From positions 1 through 64,000 of the IMG/VR virus record IMGVR_UViG_3300044630_002434: a stretch of 64,000 bases of DNA. One strand, 5' to 3'. The notes beneath the pieces were generated by a model that was not told the origin of the DNA, did no database searches, and was given only the letters and a program-made list of their open reading frames with translations. Below are positions 49,488 to 58,115 of the stretch, in pieces. Made by a program: the position numbers and the translations under genes. Source of the DNA: a virus. Positions within the stretch are counted from its first letter, which is position 1, and the number at the start of each line of letters is the position of its first letter.

Positions 49488-49820
49488 CTACTTAGCGACA
49501 ATGATGTCGTAAGTAGAAACCTTGGCGCATTGTTCATACGCTTCGGGGTTCGACAACTTCAACTTCTCGGAGTCGATAGTCGTGCGAGAGCGTGGTGCGA
49601 GTTCAACCACTGGTAAACCCTTGACAGTACCTGTCTTGGCTGAACCAATGAGTTCGCGAATAGCATTGTCAATTTCTGACTTTGCCTTTTCGAGTTCCTT
49701 GATTGCAAGTTTTGCGTTAGCAAAATCTGCAAGCAGGTTCGCGATGTTGGTGTCGTCCAATTCAACAGTGGACGTTTCTGTGACAACCTGTGTTGTCGTT
49801 ACCTGTGTGCGTATGCTCAC
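49488..49820 (-). CDS. coiled-coil protein resembling the C-terminal part of YqaJ-type phage proteins
   Basis: IKELEKAKSEI...RTTIDSEKLK...PEAYE. Confidence 0.5.
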   Translation of the reverse strand: MSIRTQVTTTQVVTETSTVELDDTNIANLLADFANAKLAIKELEKAKSEIDNAIRELIGSAKTGTVKGLPVVELAPRSRTTIDSEKLKLSNPEAYEQCAKVSTYDIIVAK

Positions 49821-50133
49821 TTTGGCGATTCCCCTTTCAGGAGTATTCGATAGACCATCTAACGAACAGTTGCAACTTTACACGATGTCCCTGACATTTG
49901 TCAAATCGAGCGTGTCCACCCCAATTTCTTGGGCTGTTTCGTTCATAGAACCAATGTAACACACGAACCTGACAAAGCGCAACTTATTTAGATAACGATT
50001 TGATAACGGACCCGGAAATAAAAAATTTCAGTTCTGGGTTGTTGGAGGCAGGCTTCAATAAAAAATTTCAGTTTTAGGCAAAAAGAAACCCCCGTCCGAA
50101 ACTCGCTGGTTTCGATTTAACGGGGGCTAATCT

Positions 50134-50331
50134 TTATGGGGTTTCTAGTTCTTGTTCCCACTTTATGGTGTCGTACATTCCCCAGATTTCATCATCTGTG
50201 AAGTTCTCGTGCAACCAGATAGAGGCGCGAGTCTGGGTTACTGGGTTTTCGTCTACTGGCTTAGCAGTTCCGAAGATGCTACCCATAAGGGCGTTGTATG
50301 CGTGTGCGTTTGCTTCATGCGGTTTGTTCAT
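50134..50331 (-). CDS. hypothetical protein
   Basis: ATGA coupling to the glycosylase gene. Confidence 0.55.
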   Translation of the reverse strand: MNKPHEANAHAYNALMGSIFGTAKPVDENPVTQTRASIWLHENFTDDEIWGMYDTIKWEQELETP

Positions 50332-50792
50332 ACTCCTACGGTAACACGAGGCACTGACATTTCTTCAGGTGTCCAAATGTAGGGGAGGTCACTTGGCGTA
50401 TCAGAAAAAAATTCAGAATAATACTCAGGTGCTTTCCGTAAAAGATTCGAACGGTGTGATTCGTGGAACGCTAGGTTTCCGATGAACCACGGCAAGCCTT
50501 CGTACCGCTTACCTTCGACCGTCAGTTCTCGCATCCGTTGCACGAAGTACGGTAACAGGTTGTCCACGTATCCGCGACTCTTCCACTCCGACGACATCGC
50601 TGAACCGTAGTACGCGAGCACGAACTCGTAACCCGTCCACATCTTGGTCGCGGGATGGTTCACCCATCCCTTGGTCTCGCCGTTAAGTGCCATCAGTATC
50701 TGCTTGGTCTCTACCCGTTGCTTCCCAAGCCGTCGGTAGTCCAATACGCTCGCCGTCTTCTCGAAGTCCGCGTATGGCAGGAACGTCTGCAT
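50328..50792 (-). CDS. pyrimidine-dimer DNA glycosylase family (MSMEG_6728/endonuclease V-like)
   Basis: MQTFLPY..F...A..LD..RLGKQRVE..QI, HPA..MW.G, HESHRSNLLRK, LPYIW. Confidence 0.88.
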   Translation of the reverse strand: MQTFLPYADFEKTASVLDYRRLGKQRVETKQILMALNGETKGWVNHPATKMWTGYEFVLAYYGSAMSSEWKSRGYVDNLLPYFVQRMRELTVEGKRYEGLPWFIGNLAFHESHRSNLLRKAPEYYSEFFSDTPSDLPYIWTPEEMSVPRVTVGV

Positions 50793-50977
50793 TAGCGCTC
50801 GCCGTTCTCTCGAACTAGCGCGATTGCTCTCGCCATGCCTGCAGACCATCCGTCGTTGAACGCGACATCCACTTCGTTCTCTTCTTCAGCGTCCGTCATG
50901 TCTTCTTCGGTTACCCGTTCCCACTCCTCCATTAAAATTTCTAACAGCGTCATGCGGTCACGCCCGCCAACTTCCAC
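50792..50977 (-). CDS. hypothetical protein
   Basis: Coupled ORF. Confidence 0.5.
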   Translation of the reverse strand: MEVGGRDRMTLLEILMEEWERVTEEDMTDAEEENEVDVAFNDGWSAGMARAIALVRENGER

Positions 50978-51189
50978 GCCTTCTTTAGGTCGCGGTCGAA
51001 GTCGCGTTGCAGTTTAGCCCACGCCGTTTCGTCAAAAAGAATTGGGTGGACCTCTTGCTTGTTTCGGTTAAGTACTCGCCGTATAAAAGATTTCAGTTCT
51101 GTGTAGTTCATGTTTTGGTTCCTCCTTTGCCAAGCAAGGCACGCCGTGTGCCTCGCCGTCTTGATGTATTAACTTTATGATAAAAGTTT

Positions 51190-51474
51190 TTAGATGTCAA
51201 GCGCGTACTCTGGAAGTTCTAGACCTGCTCCGTTTAACGCTCGCCGTATTAAACCTTGCTGACGCGAGGTTGTCTGCGAGTATTTACCTACGTTCAGATA
51301 AGTAACCTGACGTTTTTCTGTGTTTACACTAGCCATCCGTGTTGAGTACGAGTAGATGTCGTAGATGATGTCGCCACTGGCATCAGACCACTTAGAGGCT
51401 TTCATGCTGTGACCGTGCTTGAATGGTTTAAACGCTGGAATAAATTCTTCTGCAATTTCTTTGTAACTAGGCAT
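51190..51474 (-). CDS. conserved phage hypothetical protein
   Basis: IYSYST.MA...KYSQTTSRQQ. Confidence 0.75.
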   Translation of the reverse strand: MPSYKEIAEEFIPAFKPFKHGHSMKASKWSDASGDIIYDIYSYSTRMASVNTEKRQVTYLNVGKYSQTTSRQQGLIRRALNGAGLELPEYALDI

Positions 51475-51560
51475 TTCTTAGTTCCCTTCTGTTGACGTGT
51501 CTCATCAACAAGAGCAACTCTATCATACCAACCTGACATCCGTCAACTCAGGGCACGCCG

Positions 51561-51908
51561 TTAAATTTCTTCAGGGTCAAGGTCAAAAAGATTTTCTTCG
51601 ACCATTCCCCAGAAAGTTTCGAAGGTCTTGGACTTCTCTTGAAGTTCCTCAATCGGTTCGTTGTACTCAACAACCGTTAGTTCAGGAACATGGTCCTCTT
51701 CGGGTTCGATGTGGTGGCTTTGGTAAATGTAGTCTCCGTCTTCGGTAATCAGGTACATGATTACGTACGCGCCACATTCGTTCTCGAATATGACTTGGTA
51801 CATTTTGGTCAACGGGTCGTAGATAGGGCATGACACAGAAAGCATGTCGTGCATGTAGGTCCCTTTGTGGATGATACGGCTTGGGTGAATCTTGTGGCGT
51901 TTGTTCAT
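51561..51908 (-). CDS. hypothetical protein (leaderless start)
   Basis: ATG just after -10 of promoter at 51931. Confidence 0.6.
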   Translation of the reverse strand: MNKRHKIHPSRIIHKGTYMHDMLSVSCPIYDPLTKMYQVIFENECGAYVIMYLITEDGDYIYQSHHIEPEEDHVPELTVVEYNEPIEELQEKSKTFETFWGMVEENLFDLDPEEI

Positions 51909-52143
51909 ACCAGCAGTATTGCACGCCTGCCTGACATTTGCAAATCGGTCGGGGGCACGCCGTCATAAAAAATTTCAGTTTTTAATTTGCACGGATGGAT
52001 TTTACGGACCCCTCCCGGAAAATATAAAAAGGAGGCGGGTGTGGCCTGGCGGCTTCTTCCAGGCTCAGCGGCTATCCGTTTAAAAAATTACGTCGACAAT
52101 CAGTGCGGCTATGAGAAGCGCTCCAAGTAGCGCGAATGGAAAC

Positions 52144-52344
52144 TTAAACTCGGTCATCGGTTGACTCGGCGGTTAGTAGGTTGAACAGTTCAGTCGCGCG
52201 GTTTGCTCTCGCCGTTACGCGGATGTGCTCTTCGCGGGTTTTGCATAGCGGGATGTCATCCGTTAAGTTCCGGGCTAGTTCTTCAGCAATCGCTAGTAAA
52301 TTATTCGGCATCCGTGCTCGCCGCCTGGCCGCCTGAGATGTCAT
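52144..52344 (-). CDS. hypothetical protein
   Basis: Overlaps end of upstream gene. Confidence 0.5.
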   Translation of the reverse strand: MTSQAARRRARMPNNLLAIAEELARNLTDDIPLCKTREEHIRVTARANRATELFNLLTAESTDDRV

Positions 52345-53287
52345 CCGTTATTATATTTTCCGGGCTCTCTTCAGGATTGGATACAATCTCAGCATCCGTT
52401 ATCTCGTAGGTTTCAAACGCTTTTGCTTGGGACTCTTCTGGGGACAGGACGCTATAGACACTCGCCGCTCCTGCAGCAAGCCGTTGTAATCTTTCGGCAA
52501 CAATGACATGCGGTGGACGCGCATCGTTAACTTCGATGTCCACACTCAGGTCCGTTCCTCCGCGCACGCCTGCACGGTCAAGAATTTCTGTAGCGGCTTT
52601 AAGTTTTACGGGTTCCGACTCAGCGTTCTCCATCATATCTTCTAGAACGTCGACTGCGTATGGTGCGGCTTGGATGAGTTTGCGTCTCGCCCGTTCCACA
52701 TCTTCGCCCGGTTTGCGGACGGACTTTAAGTGGGCTCGGCACAAGCCGTCATCTTTGAGGCGACCCGATGCCCAAAGCATGCATCGCAAGCCGTCTTCCT
52801 TTACGGTTCGGCATCGAGTCGGAAGAACTGCGGGTTGCTTCCTTTCGCTCGCCGTTGGTTCGTTTTGCTCCGTTACCCACTTACGGGTCGCGCCGATAAC
52901 CCAAGGTGGGGAAATCTTCATGGCGGTGTCATCAAGGAGAAGGTCCACGCCCGTTAGGTAATCTGAATTATTATTTGAACCGTCAACTAAAAGCGGTCGC
53001 TTCTCAACCAGTGATAGGACACGCCGTTCGCGCATTGCCTCTGGAGACCGTGCGGCTATCATGCCCGTTGGGTTACCCGTTGCGTCGTAAACGGAATCCC
53101 AGTTGTAGTGGGCACGCCGTAATGTGGAACGGTTGTCGTAGGTGTCATCGCACACGCCCCGTTCGTGCTCTATGATACCGAGTTCCGAAAGGTCGGGGCG
53201 TAGGTCTAGTGGTGTATCAAGGCGTGGCGCTCTATCGGTTGGGTCATCTTTGGGACCCTCCGACTCGAATTTAATTACTTCGCTCAT
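52301..53287 (-). CDS. putative terminase small subunit
   Basis: RCRTVKEDGLRC...LCRAH Zn motif followed by AVDVLEDMMENAESEPVKLKAATEILDRAG, a pattern seen in actinophage TerS-like proteins. Confidence 0.55.
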   Translation of the reverse strand: MSEVIKFESEGPKDDPTDRAPRLDTPLDLRPDLSELGIIEHERGVCDDTYDNRSTLRRAHYNWDSVYDATGNPTGMIAARSPEAMRERRVLSLVEKRPLLVDGSNNNSDYLTGVDLLLDDTAMKISPPWVIGATRKWVTEQNEPTASERKQPAVLPTRCRTVKEDGLRCMLWASGRLKDDGLCRAHLKSVRKPGEDVERARRKLIQAAPYAVDVLEDMMENAESEPVKLKAATEILDRAGVRGGTDLSVDIEVNDARPPHVIVAERLQRLAAGAASVYSVLSPEESQAKAFETYEITDAEIVSNPEESPENIITDDISGGQAASTDAE

Positions 53288-53405
53288 GTCTCGCCGTTCA
53301 ATAAAAAATTTCAGTTATCGTTCCACATTGTGAGACGACTTGCTCGCCGTTAAAAAATTTCAGTTTTCGCGTGCGGGGCAAGCCGCCTTCACCTGGAAGT
53401 TGTAA

Positions 53406-53612
53406 TTACTTTTTCTTGGGGGCGGGAGTCGCCGTCTTCTTCTTGGCGGGTGCCTTTTTAGCCGGGGCTTTCTTGGTTGGTGCCTTTGTTGCGGATGGTG
53501 CAACAATTGGTTCTGGGACTTTAAGGAACTTGCCGTCTTTGTCGCGTGGCATTTGTTCGGCGGCTTTGCGACGTGCGCGGCTGTTCAGGAAGTTCTTTAA
53601 TTTTTTAAGCAT
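53406..53612 (-). CDS. small basic protein with PAKK (histone H1/HupB-like) tail
   Basis: PRDKDGKF plus KAPTKKAPAKKAPAKKK. Confidence 0.65.
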   Translation of the reverse strand: MLKKLKNFLNSRARRKAAEQMPRDKDGKFLKVPEPIVAPSATKAPTKKAPAKKAPAKKKTATPAPKKK

Positions 53613-53628
53613 GGAAGGGGGTTCCGTT

Positions 53629-53850
53629 CTAGTTTTTTGTCAGGGATGCGGACTCTGGGTCGCCGACCTGTGTGGATGCGATACTGGACAAAACGGACAA
53701 AAGAGCAGCGCCGAGTGAGACCTTTAGGGTGTCTACGGTTGCGATGGTAAAGATGCCAGCCATGTCTGAACCTGTGAGGGCAATGAAGGTCTGGGCAAAG
53801 GTTTTAATCGCTCTTTCGGCGAGGTCGTTCAAGAACTTTTTATTATACAT
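53629..53850 (-). CDS. holin (r1t-like)
   Basis: AERAIKTFAQT...AALLSVLSSIAS signature. Confidence 0.8.
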   Translation of the reverse strand: MYNKKFLNDLAERAIKTFAQTFIALTGSDMAGIFTIATVDTLKVSLGAALLSVLSSIASTQVGDPESASLTKN

Positions 53851-54163
53851 AAAATGTCTCCGTTGTCAAATCCAGTGTGTATCTTTTATAACTATTAGAT
53901 AACAAGATGATAACGGTTTAAATCTCGGACGATTTTTTGGCGCGTGGAGAGACAGGCGAGCCGTTTTGCCCCTTCTATAAAGAGAACCCCATAGAATAAG
54001 GGTTTTCTAGAATCAAAGTATTATATAAGTTTAGCCCGAAAAAAGTGTTTATATTTGGGCGTGTCGCATTACTTTTTTGGGTCTAGAACTGCCCAGACTG
54101 CCCAAGCGCAGATTCCAACACCGATAAACAAACCAGCAACTAATCCAACTAGAAACGCAAACA

Positions 54164-54637
54164 TCAGACTTCCTCTCTACATTCCTGACATAATAAAGCA
54201 TCATACCCTGTTGGCTGGGATGTAGCGTGACCGCTCTTGGTTACAGGAACGGGTGTCACAATCTCGTCAACTTTTCCGCATCTGTCGCACTTCAAATCAA
54301 CAATCCATTCTGCTGATTTACCTGACATAATTAGCGCACTCAATCCGCGACTCAAGGCGTGCATAGCCCCACCGCCTACGGTCTTTCGCAGGAACGCACG
54401 AGTATCATCAACTTCTAGAACTGCTCTAGGAGATTTGCAAGGACAATCCAACCGAGACGGTTTGCACATAATCTGACCTGCATATTCCTTGTGTCGGGAC
54501 ATTCCGTGTCCACAGATACAGATTCGGCTATCCCTGTCCTTACCCCTTTGAGTATGGGCAGTATCCGTTATAACAGCCATATCTGGGTCAACCCCAATGG
54601 CAATCAAGGCATTTCTTGCGCTGTCGTCAGTCGTCAT
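54164..54637 (-). CDS. multi-Zn-finger hypothetical protein
   Basis: CICGH..H, C..CPC, CDRC, CQEC. Confidence 0.65.
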   Translation of the reverse strand: MTTDDSARNALIAIGVDPDMAVITDTAHTQRGKDRDSRICICGHGMSRHKEYAGQIMCKPSRLDCPCKSPRAVLEVDDTRAFLRKTVGGGAMHALSRGLSALIMSGKSAEWIVDLKCDRCGKVDEIVTPVPVTKSGHATSQPTGYDALLCQECREEV

Positions 54638-54884
54638 AATTTTCCATCTCTTTCGATAAGTTTTCCGCGATTTCGATAAAGGTCATTTCGTCCTCTATGC
54701 TCTTTTTCAACTCGGTATAGAACCCCAGCAAGGCTTGCGTTTTCTTGAAATTAAGGTATGATGTATAGCCAATTATAGCCAGACCTGCACCCAAGAAAGC
54801 GCTAATCCCCATCAACAGATATTCCATCAGCGAATCCCCTATCTCTTGTTTCCAATAGTACTTCCGATACCCCGTGACTGTCAA
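54627..54884 (-). CDS. small membrane-anchored protein
   Basis: One TM helix; start may be the internal M of MEYLL. Confidence 0.55.
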   Translation of the reverse strand: MTVTGYRKYYWKQEIGDSLMEYLLMGISAFLGAGLAIIGYTSYLNFKKTQALLGFYTELKKSIEDEMTFIEIAENLSKEMENYDD

Positions 54885-55023
54885 GCAGTGAACTCACAAC
54901 TTCCTCAGCCTTGGCTTCCCATCTATCTTTTTCTTCCTGACTTAAGTCAGCCATTCCATCAGGGAACCAATACCTCAAGGTATCCTCCACAAAATCCTCA
55001 TAGGCTCTCTTCATCCGACTCAC
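54802..55023 (-). CDS. hypothetical protein
   Basis: GTG start after AAGGAG. Confidence 0.55.
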   Translation of the reverse strand: MSRMKRAYEDFVEDTLRYWFPDGMADLSQEEKDRWEAKAEEVVSSLLDSHGVSEVLLETRDRGFADGISVDGD

Positions 55024-55038
55024 GCTAACTCCTTAAAG

Positions 55039-55405
55039 TTATCCACAGGCTTGCTCTAAATATTTTATTAAAGTCAACCATAACATAAAAAAACCAAACA
55101 TAAAACCAGCAAACATAAAAGTCAACTATATTTTACCAACCCCCCTAAGCGTATGCATACGCGCGTAAGAGAAATATAGTTAACTTTTATGTATGGTGTA
55201 TAGTTACTTTTATAATACTAGTCAAAATAATTTATCCGAAAATGTTTTTTCTTGCTAGTAACACCATCATCAACCAAACATAAAAACATAAAAAAACCAT
55301 ACACCATTAAACCAAACATTAAACATAAAACAACCAAACACTAAACATAAAAGTCAACTATATTTCCCAGACTAAAAACGCAAATCCAGAGAAAAGTTAT
55401 CCACA
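55039..55405. other. putative replication origin
   Basis: Perfect DnaA boxes TTATCCACA at 55039 and 55397 bracket AT-rich DNA with AAACATAAAA repeats and a 23-bp direct repeat; located at a divergent strand switch. Confidence 0.6.
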
Positions 55406-55452
55406 GCCCTACCCCTCTTGACAGACCAAAATCCAAGGAGTAATCTACCGAT

Positions 55453-55752
55453 ATGAATTCTGAAATATACCTAACCCTTGAAGAGTACAACGACTTTGTT
55501 TCCAAAGCGCACTCTCAATATATGATAAACCGTCTGCAACATACTCCAGCACATGCCTATAAAAAGCATCACCCTGCTGACCTTGCAATCGAAACCGCAT
55601 CATTCTTTGAAGCATCCTATCTAGTCCTTGATTCCTATCTAGATGTAGTTACCGCACGACTAAGGGATGAGAGGGAACGAAAAGAGAAATCTCTAGAGCC
55701 CACCGAAAACAAGAAACCAAAGAAGGAAAGAAAACAGGTAAAAGAAAGATGA
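55453..55752 (+). CDS. hypothetical protein (leaderless)
   Basis: TTGACA(55418)-17-TAATCT then ATG. Confidence 0.65.
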   Translation: MNSEIYLTLEEYNDFVSKAHSQYMINRLQHTPAHAYKKHHPADLAIETASFFEASYLVLDSYLDVVTARLRDERERKEKSLEPTENKKPKKERKQVKER

Positions 55753-55809
55753 AATACCTACTAGATAAAATTAAAACAGCAAAGACTAACCGCTTACTAA
55801 AAAAGCACG

Positions 55810-56007
55810 TTGGCAAATCAACGTACTGGGATTAATATGATTAAACAAGGTTTCTTTATTCGAACATTTACCTTAGTCACGTTTACAGGTCTTGCTTGGC
55901 TTTTACTTTTTGACCAGTTAAACCAAGAAACTATTATACAAACTACCCTGTTTTCATTATTTCTTTCTTTTGCACTATCTTTGATTAAGAGCAACCAAGA
56001 AAAATAA
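55810..56007 (+). CDS. small membrane protein
   Basis: Two hydrophobic segments. Confidence 0.5.
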   Translation: MANQRTGINMIKQGFFIRTFTLVTFTGLAWLLLFDQLNQETIIQTTLFSLFLSFALSLIKSNQEK

Positions 56008-56080
56008 ATAAACAATTCATTATATCCGCAACGACAACAAAATTTGGACAATCGAAAAAGTCCAATAAAGAAAGGGTTTT

Positions 56081-56371
56081 ATGTTACTCAGAAAATATAT
56101 CGGAGAGACACTACTAAAAGAACGTACAAAGCAGGAAAGAACACTAAGAGATGTATCTGCTCAAGCAACCGTTTCCTTGGGCTACCTATCCGAACTAGAG
56201 AGAGGACTTAAAGAAGCGTCCTCCGAAGTCCTAAACTCAATCTGCGAAGCATTAGTTATGAGCCCTGTTGACCTACTAATAGATGTAACAGCATCTATGA
56301 GTAAAGACTTAGGAAGGGAATTAGATAATGAGTTTTATTCCGTCCAATCTAAAGAAACACTTAATATCTAG
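56081..56371 (+). CDS. ClgR-like XRE transcription regulator
   Basis: LLR..IG..L...R..Q.RTLRDVS..A.VSLGYLSELERGLKEASSEVL.SICEAL, closely matching actinobacterial ClgR. Confidence 0.85.
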   Translation: MLLRKYIGETLLKERTKQERTLRDVSAQATVSLGYLSELERGLKEASSEVLNSICEALVMSPVDLLIDVTASMSKDLGRELDNEFYSVQSKETLNI

Positions 56372-56603
56372 GCTAATAACTTTAGATGAAAAGATAGGAT
56401 TCCTTAGAGACCAGAACCCCTCTTTCAGGGCACTAACATGCACATCAATCTTTGAAGAAGTTGAGAAGGGGATTAGAGAGTGCATTGTAAGTGAGATATA
56501 TGCTTGGCATGATGTTGATTGCGCCAACGGTATTAACTGTAACTGCCCTGAAATTGCTAACTTAATTGCACCAGATTTAGGAGGATATGAAAGTGAAGAC
56601 TAA
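56328..56603 (+). CDS. hypothetical protein
   Basis: In plus-strand operon. Confidence 0.5.
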   Translation: MSFIPSNLKKHLISRLITLDEKIGFLRDQNPSFRALTCTSIFEEVEKGIRECIVSEIYAWHDVDCANGINCNCPEIANLIAPDLGGYESED

Positions 56604-57042
56604 AGCAACTAGAGAAGTGTCAGGTAATCCGTTGACGCGGTTTTTATCCGATACCGCAATGAACGTAGCCTCAAGTCTAATAAAGGTTGCTTCATCTAGA
56701 GCACTTATGTATGAAGTTTACGACTGGGATGAAGATTTTGATTCAACAATATTTTACGAAGATACAGAGAACTTAGTAGAAATCTCCAGACTTTTAGATG
56801 AAGCATATGACAACTACTTCACTAAATCACCAGACGGTTCTGCTAAAGGTAGTGACGGTTCTTTGACTGCATCTTTCGGTACATATTTCGACCGCAAGGG
56901 TGCTGGAATAAAGGTAACCAATGTTCGTATCTTCTCTTACATTTTTTGTAAAGAAAGAAGCATAGATTTCTCTACCACCGAAAAAGCCCTAGCAGAAGTT
57001 AAGAAGTGGCACGCAAAAGAGACGGGACTTTCTAGTGACTAA
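56587..57042 (+). CDS. hypothetical protein
   Basis: GGAGG RBS, 151 aa. Confidence 0.6.
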   Translation: MKVKTKATREVSGNPLTRFLSDTAMNVASSLIKVASSRALMYEVYDWDEDFDSTIFYEDTENLVEISRLLDEAYDNYFTKSPDGSAKGSDGSLTASFGTYFDRKGAGIKVTNVRIFSYIFCKERSIDFSTTEKALAEVKKWHAKETGLSSD

Positions 57043-57445
57043 GAACTCTGACTTCGACATTGACTTCTCTAACGGAAGAGCAGGGGAAGATTCGATTGCA
57101 TATGCACTAAACATCTCAACCGTTGAGGTTAAACGCGACCTAAAGTGGTTCGACACAAACAACTTCTTTATAGAGTACGAATGCTTTAACATAACCCAAA
57201 ACCAATACATCCCAAGCGGTTTGAAGACTACTAAATCTACGCATTATGTTTTTGTTTTAGGTGACACTTTTATAGGGCTCCCGACCCAACAACTAAAAGA
57301 TTTAATCAACAAGAAGCATCACGAAGGAACTCTTAGAGATGTAGACTGTTACATACCACCAAACCAAAGTAGGGGTTATCTTGTCACGGTTCAAGACATT
57401 CTGGAATTCCAAAAAGAAAAAGGAAGAGAACTCACAAATGCATAG
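57035..57445 (+). CDS. PD-(D/E)xK-like phage protein
   Basis: FDID...G..GE...VEVKRD...NFFIEY...PSGL.TTKS. Confidence 0.6.
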   Translation: MTKNSDFDIDFSNGRAGEDSIAYALNISTVEVKRDLKWFDTNNFFIEYECFNITQNQYIPSGLKTTKSTHYVFVLGDTFIGLPTQQLKDLINKKHHEGTLRDVDCYIPPNQSRGYLVTVQDILEFQKEKGRELTNA

Positions 57446-57791
57446 TTCCACCAACCCAAATGATATTGCTTCCTATGGTGAACTCCTAGAGGAACTTCAT
57501 AGACACCAAAAGATGACTGCAAACCTTGCTAAGTTTCAAGACATTGTTTACGAGTTAGCAACCGTTCATCAAAGAAAAGGAGACATCTGTTTAGGTTGTC
57601 CCCGTTCTATGACTGCCAAAGATGGAGTTATTTACGGAAAGTATTCTGAATGTAGTGTTGCTATCTGCATTGAAAAGCATAAGATAACCTCTAACCTTAT
57701 GACCCGTCACGATATGGGCATACAGATTAACAGTCTTACAAATAAGATAAACAAACTAGAAGAGCAACTTAGAAAAACAGAAGAAGAATGA
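57381..57791 (+). CDS. hypothetical protein
   Basis: ORF; likely start at the internal M of MHSS. Confidence 0.5.
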   Translation: MSRFKTFWNSKKKKEENSQMHSSTNPNDIASYGELLEELHRHQKMTANLAKFQDIVYELATVHQRKGDICLGCPRSMTAKDGVIYGKYSECSVAICIEKHKITSNLMTRHDMGIQINSLTNKINKLEEQLRKTEEE

Positions 57792-58115
57792 ACCACTGCG
57801 AAGTAATAGAAGACGTTTGTAAGTTAGACCCCTGCCCAGTAAGGCATTTTTGCATAAAGGGCGGATTCACTAAACTGTCAGCACACTCACAACTACCTCA
57901 CCATCTAAAAGATTGGTCTCGCGAAGAAGAGAAGAATAAAAAGTAATGGAATACTACACACCTACATTTATAAAAAAGAACATGGATGCTATCAAGCGCA
58001 TCCGAGAACTACACCGCTCTGCAATATGGAGTTTGCATGATGTTAAAGATGCGTGTTCGGAGTGTAAAGTGCCTTACCCCTGTAACACCATAAAAGCATT
58101 AGAAGGAGAGAAGTA

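Larger units (their letters stand above)
28293..50130. terminator. numerous intrinsic terminators between cassettes
   Basis: GC hairpins with A/T tails, e.g. 28293-28330, 28545-28588, 29128-29165, 32358-32385, 36217-36244, 36480-36505, 38835-38865, 41121-41150, 44203-44236. Confidence 0.75.
32234..51945. promoter_or_regulatory. family of at least 21 early promoters TTG(A/C)(C/A)A-N1-2-TGTCAG-N10-TAnnnT
   Basis: CTGACA (minus-strand TGTCAG) at 35863, 36196, 36458, 37924, 38371, 38809, 40664, 41036, 41646, 42091, 42863, 43387, 44116, 44475, 44851, 45321, 45734, 49891, 49969, 51533 and plus-strand TGTCAG at 32303, each exactly 10 nt from TAnnnT; near-matches at 32249, 34156, 36878, 37480, 41353, 51931. 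Confidence 0.88.
28647..53365. repeat. dispersed 13-14 bp asymmetric box AAAAAATTTCAGTT (about 25 copies)
   Basis: Plus-strand copies near 31640, 32581, 33152, 33731, 34317, 35917, 36917, 38413, 40700, 41097, 42914, 44176, 44891, 45774, 45812, 50020, 50060, 51967, 53303, 53352; reversed at 28647, 37551, 41694. Confidence 0.9.

Noticed and set aside
37522-52070. Shared 11-mer GCTGAGCCTGG (37522) and its complement (52059)
   Set aside because: Only two copies noticed; compatible with chance
28647-53365. Dispersed repeats as a CRISPR array or integron attC array
   Set aside because: Repeats are only 13-16 bp, irregularly spaced by whole genes, and there is no cas or integrase gene in the window
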